DNA of 49,045 nucleotides from NCBI GenBank assembly GCA_003649205.1, contig QMRC01000014.1, positions 1 through 49,045 on the forward strand. Reading direction: 5' to 3'. Below the pieces are notes generated by a model that worked only from the letters and a program-made list of their open reading frames with translations, had not been told where the DNA came from and searched no databases. Position numbers and translations under genes: made by a program. Source of the stretch: Thermoprotei archaeon. Its GTDB lineage: Archaea > Thermoproteota > Thermoprotei > Thermoproteales > B15-G16. Below are positions 31,398 to 42,041 of this stretch, one piece after another (the first letter of the stretch is position 1; each line of letters starts with the position of its first letter).

Positions 31398-32750
31398 ATG
31401 AGTTCGTCAAAGAAACCACACCTAAACTTAGCAATACTAGGTCACGTAGACCACGGTAAATCAACCCTCGTAGGACACCTGATGTTCCTAACAGGTGCCA
31501 TCGATGAGAAGACAATGAGAGAAATCGAGGAAATGGCTAAGAAGGTGGGTAAGGAATCCTTCAAGTTTGCATGGATTTTAGACAAGTATAAGGAGGAAAG
31601 AGAAAGAGGATTAACAATTGACGTATCACACGTGAAGTTTGAGACAGGTAAGTACTTCTTCACTATAATTGATTGTCCAGGTCATAGAGACTTCGTTAAG
31701 AACATGATCATAGGTACATCGCAGGCAGATGCAGCAATACTCGTAGTCTCAGCACACAAGGGTGAATTCGAAGCAGGTATTGGACCACAAGGACAGACGA
31801 GAGAACACATCTTCCTAGCTAGAACGCTAGGTATAGGTCAGGTCGTCGTAGTGATAAACAAGATGGACCTAGTGAACTACGACTATAAGAGATACCTAGA
31901 GGTAGCAGAGGGTGTAGCAAAGCTACTGAAGCTACTAGGCTACAAGATAACACCAGTTGAGTGGGAACACGAAGGAACTAAGTATAAGGGCTACGCCATT
32001 AACGATATACCATTCATACCAGTGAGCGCACTATATGGTGATAATCTAATTCAGAAATCACCAAAGATGCCGTGGTACAAAGGACCAACAGTAGTTGAGG
32101 CACTAGACATGTTGAAGGAACCACCAAGACCAATAGATAAACCATTGAGAATACCGATACAGGACGTATTCACGATAACTGGTGTCGGTACAGTACCTGT
32201 CGGTAGAGTTGAGTCAGGTGTGCTTAAGGTAGGTGACAAGGTAGTATTCATGCCACCAAATAAGGTCGGTGAAGTGAGATCCATTGAGACACACCATGTT
32301 AGAATTGATGAAGCGAAACCAGGTGATAACATTGGCTTCAACGTAAGAGGTATATCCAAGGACGATCTACGTAGAGGAGACGTAGCAGGGCATCCAACTC
32401 ATCCACCAACAGTAGCAGAGGAGTTCGTAGCTAGAATCTTCATCCTATGGCACCCAACAGCAATTGGCGTAGGATACACACCAGTACTACACATACACAC
32501 AGCAACAGTACCAGCTAAGATCGTTGAGCTAATTGCCAAGCTAGATCCAAGAACAGGTGCAGTAGTCGAGCAGAAACCAGCATTCCTCAAACAAGGTGAC
32601 GCAGCAGTAGTGAGAATTAAGCCACTGAAACCAGTTGTCGTAGAGAAGTACTCAGACTTCCCAGGTCTAGGCAGATTCGCACTAAGAGACATGGGTAGAA
32701 CAGTAGCAGCTGGGCAAGTAATTGAAGTAAAGCCAGCTAAGGTAACCTAA
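31398..32750 (+). CDS. tuf: Translation elongation factor EF-1alpha
   Basis: [21 protein letters not shown] and the crenarchaeal/eukaryote-type [16 protein letters not shown] segment. ATG at 31398. Confidence 0.98.
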   Translation: MSSSKKPHLNLAILGHVDHGKSTLVGHLMFLTGAIDEKTMREIEEMAKKVGKESFKFAWILDKYKEERERGLTIDVSHVKFETGKYFFTIIDCPGHRDFVKNMIIGTSQADAAILVVSAHKGEFEAGIGPQGQTREHIFLARTLGIGQVVVVINKMDLVNYDYKRYLEVAEGVAKLLKLLGYKITPVEWEHEGTKYKGYAINDIPFIPVSALYGDNLIQKSPKMPWYKGPTVVEALDMLKEPPRPIDKPLRIPIQDVFTITGVGTVPVGRVESGVLKVGDKVVFMPPNKVGEVRSIETHHVRIDEAKPGDNIGFNVRGISKDDLRRGDVAGHPTHPPTVAEEFVARIFILWHPTAIGVGYTPVLHIHTATVPAKIVELIAKLDPRTGAVVEQKPAFLKQGDAAVVRIKPLKPVVVEKYSDFPGLGRFALRDMGRTVAAGQVIEVKPAKVT

Positions 32751-32837
32751 AAGTAATTGACCTCCCTCTTTTGAACTTCAATAGGTAAAGTATTTCAATC
32801 AATTTTTTCCTCTTATCCTAAGCAAGTAGGTGAGATC

Positions 32838-33146
32838 ATGGTCCGCAAAGTACGTATTAGACTATACAGCACAGACTACAAGAAGCTAAATGAAGTCTGC
32901 AGGGAGATAGTAGACATTGCAAAGAAGACTGGTGTCAGAGTAGCAGGACCAATACCACTACCAACACAGAGAAGAATAGTCACAGTAAGATGTACACCCT
33001 GTGGACAGGGATACCACACGTTCGATCATTGGGAATTGAGAATACACAAGAGGATTATCGATATGGATGCTGATGAGAGAGCACTAAGACAACTTATGAG
33101 AATAAAGGTACCTGAAGAGGTCAAGATAGAGATCGAGCTAATATAA
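32838..33146 (+). CDS. rps10: 30S ribosomal protein S10 (uS10)
   Basis: [24 protein letters not shown]. Confidence 0.97.
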   Translation: MVRKVRIRLYSTDYKKLNEVCREIVDIAKKTGVRVAGPIPLPTQRRIVTVRCTPCGQGYHTFDHWELRIHKRIIDMDADERALRQLMRIKVPEEVKIEIELI

Positions 33147-33370
33147 CCGAAACACAGTCTCAATACTACCTAGAATACTCAATACCGGGCAATATCCTAA
33201 TAAGAACATCTACTCGTCGCTTAGCAAACTCCACATCCGTCGAGTCTAATGGACCTCGCTAAGAATACACGGTCGCAGTAGACTAATTAGTTTTCGACTA
33301 GCTCCACACCTTCGACCTCATGCTGTCCACAGCGTGGAGACCAATAGTTTCACGCTATGGAGTAATGAGG

Positions 33371-33383
33371 TAAGGTTAAATAG
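33371..33383 (+). promoter_or_regulatory. BRE/TATA promoter of tRNA-Ser(CGA)
   Basis: taagg-TTAAATA about 30 nt upstream of the tRNA. Confidence 0.55.
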
Positions 33384-33407
33384 TGAGAATGGGGACTTCA
33401 TGACAGA

Positions 33408-33499
33408 GCCGGGGTGCCCGAGCCAGGTCTAAGGGGTGGGACTCGAGATCCCATGGGGCGTTGCGCCCCGCGTGGGTTCAAATCCCACCCCCGGCGCCA
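33408..33499 (+). tRNA. tRNA-Ser(CGA)
   Basis: gccggggtgcccgagcc...tggga-ct-CGA-ga-tccca, variable arm ggggcg-ttg-cgcccc, GGTTCAAATCC and encoded CCA. Confidence 0.96.
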
Positions 33500-33560
33500 A
33501 ATTACCCCCAATCTAATTCTTCAGCGACTTCTAATTCTCCTAACTAGTCAGTCTATGTAA

Positions 33561-33609
33561 TCAGCCAACCAGGGCATCATCACAATTCAGGAGGCACCTG
33601 TATCATCAC
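33561..33609 (-). ncRNA. C/D-box sRNA (2'-O-methylation guide)
   Basis: Reverse strand reads GTGATGA-tacaggtgcctc-CTGA-att-GTGATGA-tgccctggttgg-CTGA: four perfect boxes with two 12-nt guides. Confidence 0.9.
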
Positions 33610-33734
33610 CTGAATTAACACCTAGGTATTACACAGCTATATCCTCTATTCTCAACGGTCACTAAATATAGTAACTAAATAACCATAAGTATTTAAGTAG
33701 GTAGGAAATTGCTAATGAGAAAGTGGTGCTGAAC

Positions 33735-34973
33735 ATGGGGACTGAGGAGGCCTTAGCTACTCTCCTCCAGTGTTTTGCTCTTGCGCTAATATTTGGTAAA
33801 TTGCTTGAAGAGCTTGTTCTTAGGTTGAAGGCTCCACCTGTTCTCGGTGATTTAATTGCTGGTTTAATCCTTGGTCCTACACTCCTCGGTGTTTATAGGG
33901 TTAGTGAAGTCGTTGATGTAGTTGCTTGGTTTGGAATCTGTATGTTGCTGTTCTATGCTGGTCTCGAGACTAGGTACAGGGATTTCATGAAGAATATTCC
34001 GAGAGCTGGCTTGATAACTGTTGGTGAGGCTATAGCTGCATTCGCTATGGGTGTTCTCGTTGGTTTGGTATTTGGTTATCCACTTACTTCAAGTCTCTTC
34101 ATAGGTGCTGTGTTAGAGGCTACTAGCGTTAGTGTTACTGCTAGGACCTTAGTTGAGATCGATAAGTTGAGAACTATTGAGGGTTGTACAATTCTTGGTG
34201 TAGCTGTTCTAGATGACGTAACTTCGCTAGTCACCATAGTGGCGTGTGCATCGCTTGTTCGTGCTCATGCACTTGCTGTTACTAAGGTAGCTGAGATCAT
34301 GGTTCTAGCGTTCACCTACTGGTTACTTGTTGTCATTGTATTTCACAAACTATCGAACTACATACCTAGGATAGCTTACAAGATGCATACAGCAGAATCA
34401 CTACTTTCAATTCTCATAGGTCTCTTCTGCTTAGTAGCAGGTCTATCTCGATACCTGCACCTCTCACCACTTATTGGTGCATATGCTATAGGCCTTGCTC
34501 TTTCTGAGATTAGTGGTTTAGCAGGAACAGCTGAGAAAGTTAGGTCTATAGCCTTCATATTCTCAACACTATTCTTCGTGACTACTGCTGCTAAGCTAGA
34601 TGTCAAGACCGCCTTGAGACCAGAGTTAGTACCGTTCTACGTAGCTATGGTACTAGCTGCTTTTGCAGGTAAGTTACTTGGTGCTGGTTTAACCTCTCTG
34701 ATAATTGGTTACCCACCACACGCTGCATTGAGGATAGCTACTGGTCTCTTTCCACGTTGTGAGTTCTGTATAGTAGCTGCCTACATAGGTCTTACGTACG
34801 GTGTACTGGGTACTGAGGTGTACTTCGCCGCATTAATGATTGTGCTAGTAACTAACTTCGCAACACCTCCACTACTCAAGTTGGTATTTACTAGAGGACC
34901 TGAGACTAGGGAGGTTAAGTCTAGGTTAGGTGCTGTTAAGGAACTACTTATTAGACGCCTAAGGAAGAGATGA
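33735..34973 (+). CDS. Cation:proton antiporter (CPA2/NapA-like)
   Basis: PPVLGDLIAGLILGP, LFYAGLET, ATSVSVT, AVLDD, FPRCEF. Start could be 33723 or 33735. Confidence 0.9.
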   Translation: MGTEEALATLLQCFALALIFGKLLEELVLRLKAPPVLGDLIAGLILGPTLLGVYRVSEVVDVVAWFGICMLLFYAGLETRYRDFMKNIPRAGLITVGEAIAAFAMGVLVGLVFGYPLTSSLFIGAVLEATSVSVTARTLVEIDKLRTIEGCTILGVAVLDDVTSLVTIVACASLVRAHALAVTKVAEIMVLAFTYWLLVVIVFHKLSNYIPRIAYKMHTAESLLSILIGLFCLVAGLSRYLHLSPLIGAYAIGLALSEISGLAGTAEKVRSIAFIFSTLFFVTTAAKLDVKTALRPELVPFYVAMVLAAFAGKLLGAGLTSLIIGYPPHAALRIATGLFPRCEFCIVAAYIGLTYGVLGTEVYFAALMIVLVTNFATPPLLKLVFTRGPETREVKSRLGAVKELLIRRLRKR

Positions 34974-34976
34974 TTA

Positions 34977-35558
34977 TTGGGTGTAGTGATGTTAAGTAGA
35001 GGTAGATCACTCGCACAAGCGCTAGAGAATATATTGATGATGACTGTAGGTGAGTTCATAGAGCGATATAGGGATCTACTACCACGATTTACCATGATAA
35101 GTGAGACAGAGACTTTGGAGAAAGTACTTGAGCACATATACAATGGCTACCACTACATAGTGGTCACTGATCACAGAGGTAGAGTACGTGGTGTAGTCTA
35201 CCACCTAGACCTGATATACTCAATAGGTCATCCACACTTCGAGCAAATACCTGCACTGCTCAACATACTACACTTCAGGAGGAGAATTAAGGTACCAATC
35301 GATGTTCTTCTGAAGACACCAGTAGATGAGATCATGAGGAGGACACCACCATGCATTAAGGAGGATAAGTTAGTTAGCGATAGTGTTGACCTAATGCATA
35401 AGGTGCATAGGAGCTACGTGATAGTGATGTCTAAAAGTGATGAGGTGAGGGGTATAGTCACAGCTCATTCAATTCTCAGAGCTGCGTTGAGGGAAAGTGG
35501 TTCACCAATTGATGTTCGTACTCATGCACATCATTCTGCAGAGTTATCTCCTACGTAG
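34977..35558 (+). CDS. CBS-domain protein (likely regulator of the antiporter)
   Basis: Tandem CBS pattern IVVTDHRGRVRGVV...DL and PVDEIM...VRGIVTAHSIL. Confidence 0.78.
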   Translation: MGVVMLSRGRSLAQALENILMMTVGEFIERYRDLLPRFTMISETETLEKVLEHIYNGYHYIVVTDHRGRVRGVVYHLDLIYSIGHPHFEQIPALLNILHFRRRIKVPIDVLLKTPVDEIMRRTPPCIKEDKLVSDSVDLMHKVHRSYVIVMSKSDEVRGIVTAHSILRAALRESGSPIDVRTHAHHSAELSPT

Positions 35559-35608
35559 GAAGCTAGTTTTTAGATGTACTCTATGGGTCATAGGGTGGGG
35601 GCTAACCT

Positions 35609-36040
35609 ATGTCTGAGAAGAGGTTTGAGTTTTTAGATCACACAGCTGATGTACTCATAAGAGCTTATGGAGATACCTTGGAGAGGGCTTTCGAGAATGC
35701 AGCTCTAGCTGTTTTCGAGGTAATTACAGATACGAGTAAGGTTGAGCCGAAGGTTAGGGTTGAGGTAGAGATAGAAGGTGAAGACCTAGAGCAGCTTCTC
35801 TATAGGTGGATTGAGGAGCTACTGATCCATCATGACAGTGAGGGTCTAGTATTCTCCAAGTTCAGAGTATCAATATCTCGCGAAGATACGATCTACAGGT
35901 TAAGAGGTGAAGCTTGGGGTGAGGTGTTTGATCCAGATAAACACGAGCACAGAACAGTGGTTAAAGCTATGACGTATGCACAGATGGAGATAGGTAAGCT
36001 AGATAGCACACACTACGTACAGTTCGTAGTCGATATTTAG
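35609..36040 (+). CDS. Archease
   Basis: FEFLDHTADV, AFENAALA, VKAMTY, FVVDI; lies upstream of rtcB. Confidence 0.95.
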   Translation: MSEKRFEFLDHTADVLIRAYGDTLERAFENAALAVFEVITDTSKVEPKVRVEVEIEGEDLEQLLYRWIEELLIHHDSEGLVFSKFRVSISREDTIYRLRGEAWGEVFDPDKHEHRTVVKAMTYAQMEIGKLDSTHYVQFVVDI

Positions 36041-36094
36041 TCATTAGCTAAGCTTAAAAGTGTACATATCTTATTGTTGAGCCGAGGGAACTTT

Positions 36095-37549
36095 ATGTCC
36101 CATAGAGTACCACTCAAGAGAGTCGCAGAGTTCGAGTGGGAAATACCGAAGGAATATCGTAGGGAGATGAGAGTACCTGCTAGAATCTTCGCAGATGAGG
36201 TACTGCTAGAGAAGATGAAGACCGACCTAACACTAGTACAGGCAGCCAACGTAGCTTGCTTACCAGGCATCTACAAGTATGCGATAGTTCTACCTGATGG
36301 ACATCAGGGATACGGATTTCCAATAGGTGGTGTAGCCGCTTTCGATGCTGAGGAAGGAGTAATTAGCCCAGGTGGAGTCGGCTATGATATTAACTGTGGT
36401 GTAAGACTTATCAGAACGAACTTAACAATTAAGGAGTTGAGACCGTACCTAAAGGAGCTAATTGACACTATCTTTCGCATGGTACCTTCAGGACTGGGAT
36501 CGACAGGTAAGATAAGGCTAAGCATAAGCGAGATGGACAATGTACTGGCTGAGGGAGTAGATTGGGCAATTAAGCACGGTTACGGTTGGGCTGAAGATAG
36601 GGACTACTGTGAGGAGCACGGTCACATGGTACAGGCAGATCCAGATAAGGTATCGAATAGAGCTAAGAGCAGAGGTAGTAACCAGCTAGGAACACTAGGT
36701 AGTGGAAATCACTTCTTAGAAATCCAGGTAGTTGATAAGATCTACGATCCAGAGAAGGCAAAGGTAATGGGTATCTACGAGGAAGGACAGATCTGCGTTA
36801 TGATCCACACAGGTAGTAGAGGTCTAGGTCATCAGGTATGTAGTGACTACCTACAGATAATGGAGAGAGCAGTTAGGAGGTACGGTATCTGGATACCTGA
36901 TAGAGAGCTAGTATGCGTACCAGCTAAGAGTAAGGAAGCAGAACAGTACTTCTCAGCAATGGCTGCAGCAGCGAACTTCGCATGGGCTAACAGACAGTGT
37001 ATTCTTCATTGGGTGAGAGAAGCATTCAAGAAGGTACTCAAGAAGTCTGAGGAGGAGCTTGGTCTAGAGTTGGTGTACGACGTAGCACATAACATAGCTA
37101 AGCTAGAGGAGCACGTAATCGATGGTAAGAGGAGGAAAGTCTTCGTACACAGAAAGGGTGCGACAAGAGCATTTCCACCAGGACACCCAGATATACCACC
37201 AAAGTACAGGAGCATAGGACAACCAGTACTGATTCCAGGTTCGATGGGTACTGCTTCGTACGTGTTGGTAGGTACACCAAGAGCAATGGAAATAACATTT
37301 GGCTCAACTGCACATGGTGCAGGTAGGTACATGAGTAGAGAAGCAGCTGTGAGAACATGGAGTGGAGTTAGAATTAAACAAGAGCTAGAAGCAAGAGGTA
37401 TCCTCGTTAGAGCAGCTAACATAAGAGTTGTCGCGGAGGAAGCTCCCGGTGCATATAAGGATGTTGATAGGGTTGCAGAGGTAAGTCATAGAGTTGGTAT
37501 TGCAACCAAGGTAGTTAGGTTGGTACCTGTAGCAGTTGCTAAGGGATGA
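36095..37549 (+). CDS. rtcB: RNA 3'-phosphate ligase RtcB
   Basis: [41 protein letters not shown] at 36095. Confidence 0.97.
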   Translation: MSHRVPLKRVAEFEWEIPKEYRREMRVPARIFADEVLLEKMKTDLTLVQAANVACLPGIYKYAIVLPDGHQGYGFPIGGVAAFDAEEGVISPGGVGYDINCGVRLIRTNLTIKELRPYLKELIDTIFRMVPSGLGSTGKIRLSISEMDNVLAEGVDWAIKHGYGWAEDRDYCEEHGHMVQADPDKVSNRAKSRGSNQLGTLGSGNHFLEIQVVDKIYDPEKAKVMGIYEEGQICVMIHTGSRGLGHQVCSDYLQIMERAVRRYGIWIPDRELVCVPAKSKEAEQYFSAMAAAANFAWANRQCILHWVREAFKKVLKKSEEELGLELVYDVAHNIAKLEEHVIDGKRRKVFVHRKGATRAFPPGHPDIPPKYRSIGQPVLIPGSMGTASYVLVGTPRAMEITFGSTAHGAGRYMSREAAVRTWSGVRIKQELEARGILVRAANIRVVAEEAPGAYKDVDRVAEVSHRVGIATKVVRLVPVAVAKG

Positions 37550-37553
37550 GATC

Positions 37554-38159
37554 ATGAGCTTAGAGACGCAGAAGAAGCTAAGAACCTTAGATGGTAAGGA
37601 AATTAAGGTATTTGGTAAATGGAGTATAGAAGACGTAGTTGTTAGAGATCCAGGGTTAGCTAGGTACATAAACCTCAAACCAATGCTAGTACCGTACACA
37701 GAGGGTAGGTACCAAAAGAGACCATTCGGTAAGGCTAAGATACCGATAGTTGAGAGGCTAATGAATCAACTAATGAGGCCAGGTAGGAACTCAGGTAAGA
37801 AACACCTAGCGTACAACATAGTTAAGAAAGCCTTCGAAATAATCCACCTGAAGACAGGTGAGAACCCTATACAGGTACTGGTTAGAGCTATTGAGAACGC
37901 AGCACCAAGGGAGGAAACTACAAGAATAGCCTACGGCGGTATCGTGTATCACGTAGCAGTTGACTGTGCACCACAGAGAAGAGTTGACCTAGCTATTAGG
38001 TGGATTGTTGAAGGTGCTAGATTAGCAGCATTCAATAACCCGAAGCCAATCGAGGAAGCTCTAGCTGATGAGATAATAGCAGCAGCGAGCAATGATCCAA
38101 AGAGCTACGCAATAAGGAAGAAAGATGAAGTTGAGAGAATAGCAGCATCCTCTAGATAG
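37554..38159 (+). CDS. rps7: 30S ribosomal protein S7 (uS7)
   Basis: [37 protein letters not shown] at 37554. Confidence 0.97.
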   Translation: MSLETQKKLRTLDGKEIKVFGKWSIEDVVVRDPGLARYINLKPMLVPYTEGRYQKRPFGKAKIPIVERLMNQLMRPGRNSGKKHLAYNIVKKAFEIIHLKTGENPIQVLVRAIENAAPREETTRIAYGGIVYHVAVDCAPQRRVDLAIRWIVEGARLAAFNNPKPIEEALADEIIAAASNDPKSYAIRKKDEVERIAASSR

Positions 38160-38223
38160 CACGAAATCCATGAATTGAAACACCTTTTATTTCCAAAACA
38201 ATTTAGTCATTTGGGGTTTTGAA

Positions 38224-39204
38224 ATGAGTGAACTACTTTGGACTGAGAAGTACAGACCTAAGAGACTCGATGAGATCGTTGATCAAAGGGAAATAGTTGA
38301 GAGACTTAAGGAGTTCGTAAGGAATAAATCAGTACCGCACCTACTCTTCTGCGGTCCTCCAGGTACTGGTAAGACCACTGCCGCACTCTGCCTAGCATAT
38401 GAGCTCTATGGTGAGAACTGGAGAAGCAATGTACTTGAACTTAATGCATCTGATGAGAGAGGTATCTCTGTCATCCGTGAAAGAGTGAAGGACTTCGCTA
38501 GGACTGCTCCTTCAGGTGATGTACCGTTCAAGATGGTGATACTAGATGAGGCTGACAACATGACTGCTGATGCACAGCAAGCACTTAGGAGAATGATGGA
38601 GATGTATGCTAGGAACACGAGATTCTGCCTCATAGCAAATTACCTATCCAAGATAATAGATCCGATACAGTCTAGATGTGCTATATTCAGATTCTCACCA
38701 CTACCGAAGGAGGATGTACTAGCTAGATTGAAGTACATAGCTAAGTGTGAGAAAGTTGTAGTTACTCACGATGGACTTGAAGCTATATGGGATGTCTCAG
38801 GTGGTGATCTCAGGAGAGCAATAAACATATTGCAAGCAGCAGCTGCCATAGGTGAGGTTGTTGATGCTGATACGGTGTACAAGGTAGCTGGATTAGCTAG
38901 TCCAAAGGAAATTCGTGAGATGTTGGTACTAGCTCTAAAGGGTGATTTCCTGAAAGCACGAGACACTCTCCGTAAGCTAATGATTGAGTACGGTATGTCA
39001 GGTGTAGATCTACTTCGGCTAGTACAGAAGGAGATATTTTCAGAGAAGTCACCACTTGACTTACCTCCTGAAGCTAAGGTTGAGATTGCTGAGTTAGCAG
39101 GTGAAATAGACTTTAGGTTAACTGAGGGTGCTGATGAAGAGATACAGATGTCCACATTCCTTGCTAAGCTAGCTCTCATCGGGAAGAAGTATAAGGTTAG
39201 GTGA
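38224..39204 (+). CDS. rfcS: Replication factor C small subunit
   Basis: [32 protein letters not shown]. Confidence 0.97.
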   Translation: MSELLWTEKYRPKRLDEIVDQREIVERLKEFVRNKSVPHLLFCGPPGTGKTTAALCLAYELYGENWRSNVLELNASDERGISVIRERVKDFARTAPSGDVPFKMVILDEADNMTADAQQALRRMMEMYARNTRFCLIANYLSKIIDPIQSRCAIFRFSPLPKEDVLARLKYIAKCEKVVVTHDGLEAIWDVSGGDLRRAINILQAAAAIGEVVDADTVYKVAGLASPKEIREMLVLALKGDFLKARDTLRKLMIEYGMSGVDLLRLVQKEIFSEKSPLDLPPEAKVEIAELAGEIDFRLTEGADEEIQMSTFLAKLALIGKKYKVR

Positions 39205-39210
39205 TAGCTC

Positions 39211-40446
39211 GTGAGTAGGGCACTACCGTGGACTGAGAAGTATAGGCCGAAGAGAGTTGCTGAAGTAGTGGGGAATGAAGAAGCTAAGAGGCAGTTCCTA
39301 ACTTGGTTGAGGAGATGGGAGAGAGGAGTTCCAGAGAAGAAGGCGGCTCTACTTGTAGGTCCACCAGGGTGTGGAAAGACAACTCTGGTCTATGCAGCAG
39401 CTAATGAGTTCGGTTATGAAGTTATTGAGATGAATGCTAGTGATGTTAGGACTGCGGAGAAGATTAAGAGGATAGTTGGTTCATCAATTCGTGAAACTTC
39501 ACTCTTTGGCTATAGGGGTAAGATAGTTCTCTTCGATGAAGTTGATGGTATTAGTACGAGAGAAGATAGAGGTGGTCTCTCTGCCATACTCGAGATAATT
39601 AAGGAGAGTAGGGTACCCATCGTCCTTACGGCAAACAACCCATGGGATCCTAAGTTCAGAGACCTAAGAGAAGTCTGTGAAGTTATTAGGTTTAACCCGA
39701 TACCGAAAAGTGAAGCTATTAAGGTGCTCAAGAGAATTTGTGAGAAGGAAGGTATTGAAGCTGATGAAAGAGCACTTGCATTACTCATAGAGAGAGCACA
39801 AGGCGATTTAAGAGCAGCAATAAACGATTTACAGGCAGTAGCACAGGGTAAGAAGAGGATAACTGTGGACGACATTAGAGGTCTAGGTGATAGATCAAAG
39901 CAGATGGATATGTTCGAAATCTTGAGGAGGGTCTTCACAGCAAAGACTTTTGATCAAGCTAGGTTAATCACGTTAAACCCATCATTTGACTATGAAATGT
40001 ACTTCCAGTGGATTCACGAGAATTTACCGTATCAGTACAAAAACAGTATAGAAGCACTTGCAGAGGCATACGATGCACTCTCAAAAGCTGATGTGTACAT
40101 GGGCAGAATCAAGAGAGAACAAGAGTGGTCACTCCTACCATATGCACTAGAACTAGCAACTGCTGGTGTCTCACTAATACCACATAAACCACCATTTAAG
40201 TTCGTTAAGTATAACTTCCCACAGAAGATCTTGTTAATGGCTAGGACAAAGGAATTCAGACAGAAAAGAGATGCCTTACTCAGAGAGCTAGCTAGAAGGA
40301 TGCACATATCCTCCTCCAAGTTACTAATTGAAGTACTACCGTACCTCAAGATAATTGCTGAACGAAGGAGAGATGTACTGGAGAAGATAGCCCATGAACT
40401 AGGTACGACAGGTAGGGAAGTACTCAAGTACCTCCTGAAGGTGTAG
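39211..40446 (+). CDS. rfcL: Replication factor C large subunit
   Basis: PWTEKYRP, GPPGCGKT, EMNASD, DEVDG, GDLRAAINDLQ. Confidence 0.95.
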   Translation: MSRALPWTEKYRPKRVAEVVGNEEAKRQFLTWLRRWERGVPEKKAALLVGPPGCGKTTLVYAAANEFGYEVIEMNASDVRTAEKIKRIVGSSIRETSLFGYRGKIVLFDEVDGISTREDRGGLSAILEIIKESRVPIVLTANNPWDPKFRDLREVCEVIRFNPIPKSEAIKVLKRICEKEGIEADERALALLIERAQGDLRAAINDLQAVAQGKKRITVDDIRGLGDRSKQMDMFEILRRVFTAKTFDQARLITLNPSFDYEMYFQWIHENLPYQYKNSIEALAEAYDALSKADVYMGRIKREQEWSLLPYALELATAGVSLIPHKPPFKFVKYNFPQKILLMARTKEFRQKRDALLRELARRMHISSSKLLIEVLPYLKIIAERRRDVLEKIAHELGTTGREVLKYLLKV

Positions 40447-40732
40447 ATGCTCTACACAACTCCTCATCCAACTTAAACAGCTCTCTAAGTAGCTTAATTC
40501 GAGGATCACTTTCATTTACTTTAAATATCCTTATCCTACCAAATCTCTTCTCAATTACTAATCCTGCTTTGACTAGCGCTTCGAGATGTGAGAGAACAAC
40601 TGTGTGGTTAAGCTCTGATCTCTTAACAATTTCAGTTATGTTTAGCTCGTGAGCTTCAAGCAACACCTTCAATACCTTAACCCTACCCTTGCTCGAAAAT
40701 ATTTCCTCCAAAGGTACATAACCACTACTCAT
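40424..40732 (-). CDS. Winged-helix (ArsR-like) DNA-binding protein
   Basis: FSSKGRVKVL, ITEIVK..LNHTVVLSHLEAL, EKRFGRIRIF; start overlaps the cdc6 stop (ATGA). Confidence 0.8.
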   Translation of the reverse strand: MSSGYVPLEEIFSSKGRVKVLKVLLEAHELNITEIVKRSELNHTVVLSHLEALVKAGLVIEKRFGRIRIFKVNESDPRIKLLRELFKLDEELCRASTPSGGT

Positions 40733-41955
40733 CCATGGTCACCGCCCCTTAAGACAGCAAGAATAGTCTTCTCCAAGGTACCTAGTGGCTCGTGCATTAT
40801 TCCTACAAGCGTAGTCCTACCTCTACTATACTTTGAACCTACTGTAGCATTTAAGATGCCTCTACTCTTTAACTCCTGAACGTACTCCCACACCTGTGTA
40901 TGTTGTCTAGGTTTTTCACCAAACTCCTCACACAGCATCCTGTACTCAGCTTCAACCTCACTTAGAGGTACCTTAACTTCGGTTCTCTTCCTCTGGAGAA
41001 CCCTAACAACAGCTAGTAGTAGAAGTAATTGATGCTTCTTCAACGACTTAAGCTCCTCAACAGATATGCTCACTAAGGTATCTTTCACTGCCTTTCTTAC
41101 GTGGTCTGGTAGTATTACGGATGTACCCTCGACTTCAGCTATCTTACCCGCTCTCCACAGTATCTCTATTGCGTACCTAGCATCACCTCTCCCACCTGTA
41201 TCCTTTCCAGAGATTTCAGCAATCATATCGAGAATCTCAGGTCTCACAACACCTTCGATAAAAGCTTCTTCTGCTCTATCGTGTAATATATCGTAGATCT
41301 GTGCCTTGGTGTAGGGTGGAAACTTAATGACGTTGTGCTGTAACGCACTTCGAACACTTGGATCTAGCTTGAATATGAAGTTCTCATCACGTGATATCAA
41401 TATGAGACCTATCCTGTGCTCTCTACCCAGGTACTCGTCTGTAACTCTAACCAGTGTGTAGAGAGCACCTTCACCACCTGGTGTCTGGAGTAGTGAGTCG
41501 ACCTCATCTAAGGTAATTATCACGTAGAGATTCTTATCGACGAGTAGGTCAAGTATTATCTTCAGTAGTTCCTGCGTTGAAAAACCTCTTTTTGGGACAG
41601 GTAACTGAAGTTGAGAAGCAACCTCCTGCAGTATTAGGAAGAGTGTTCTACATTTGTAGCAATTCACGTGAACATACTTAATGGGTTTACCTACCTTCTT
41701 CGCATAATCAGTTACATCTTGACCAAATTTCTTTGCGCATACAGTCTTTCCAGTACCTATGTCACCTACCTCAATCACCTTGGGAAAACATGAACCTGGA
41801 TTCTCAACGAAGTTTATGAAGTACGATACTAGTCTCTTTAGCTGCTCCTCCCTATGAGGTAGCTTAGGGGGTACGTACTCTATAGAGAGTTTACTCTCGT
41901 CCTTAAATATCCTTGAACGTACTTTAGCTATGTACTCCTCAACGATATTTACCAT
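40729..41955 (-). CDS. cdc6: Orc1/Cdc6 replication initiator
   Basis: YVPPKLPHRE, GDIGTGKT, LDEVD, FPPY, GDARYAI and a C-terminal wHTH ending RGRTT. Confidence 0.95.
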   Translation of the reverse strand: MVNIVEEYIAKVRSRIFKDESKLSIEYVPPKLPHREEQLKRLVSYFINFVENPGSCFPKVIEVGDIGTGKTVCAKKFGQDVTDYAKKVGKPIKYVHVNCYKCRTLFLILQEVASQLQLPVPKRGFSTQELLKIILDLLVDKNLYVIITLDEVDSLLQTPGGEGALYTLVRVTDEYLGREHRIGLILISRDENFIFKLDPSVRSALQHNVIKFPPYTKAQIYDILHDRAEEAFIEGVVRPEILDMIAEISGKDTGGRGDARYAIEILWRAGKIAEVEGTSVILPDHVRKAVKDTLVSISVEELKSLKKHQLLLLLAVVRVLQRKRTEVKVPLSEVEAEYRMLCEEFGEKPRQHTQVWEYVQELKSRGILNATVGSKYSRGRTTLVGIMHEPLGTLEKTILAVLRGGDHG

Positions 41956-42041
41956 TGAGATCCCACTGACAAGTAGCTATATTCGTAGGTTATACTTTAC
42001 GTTTACTTAAAGGTACAGTATATAGAGTGTTCTCCGAATGT

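Noticed and set aside
33147-33370. Long intergenic region with a small hairpin (agcgtggag...tttcacgct) and a minus-strand peptide ending LPGIEYSR, faintly HEPN-like
   Set aside because: Similarity is too short and the frames are full of stops; neither a pseudogene nor an ncRNA can be supported.
36095-41955. Inteins in RtcB, RFC or Cdc6
   Set aside because: Protein lengths are normal and the motifs at usual insertion sites are uninterrupted.
41956-42041. Replication origin beside cdc6
   Set aside because: Short intergenic region with no recognisable ORB repeats or extended AT-rich unwinding element.
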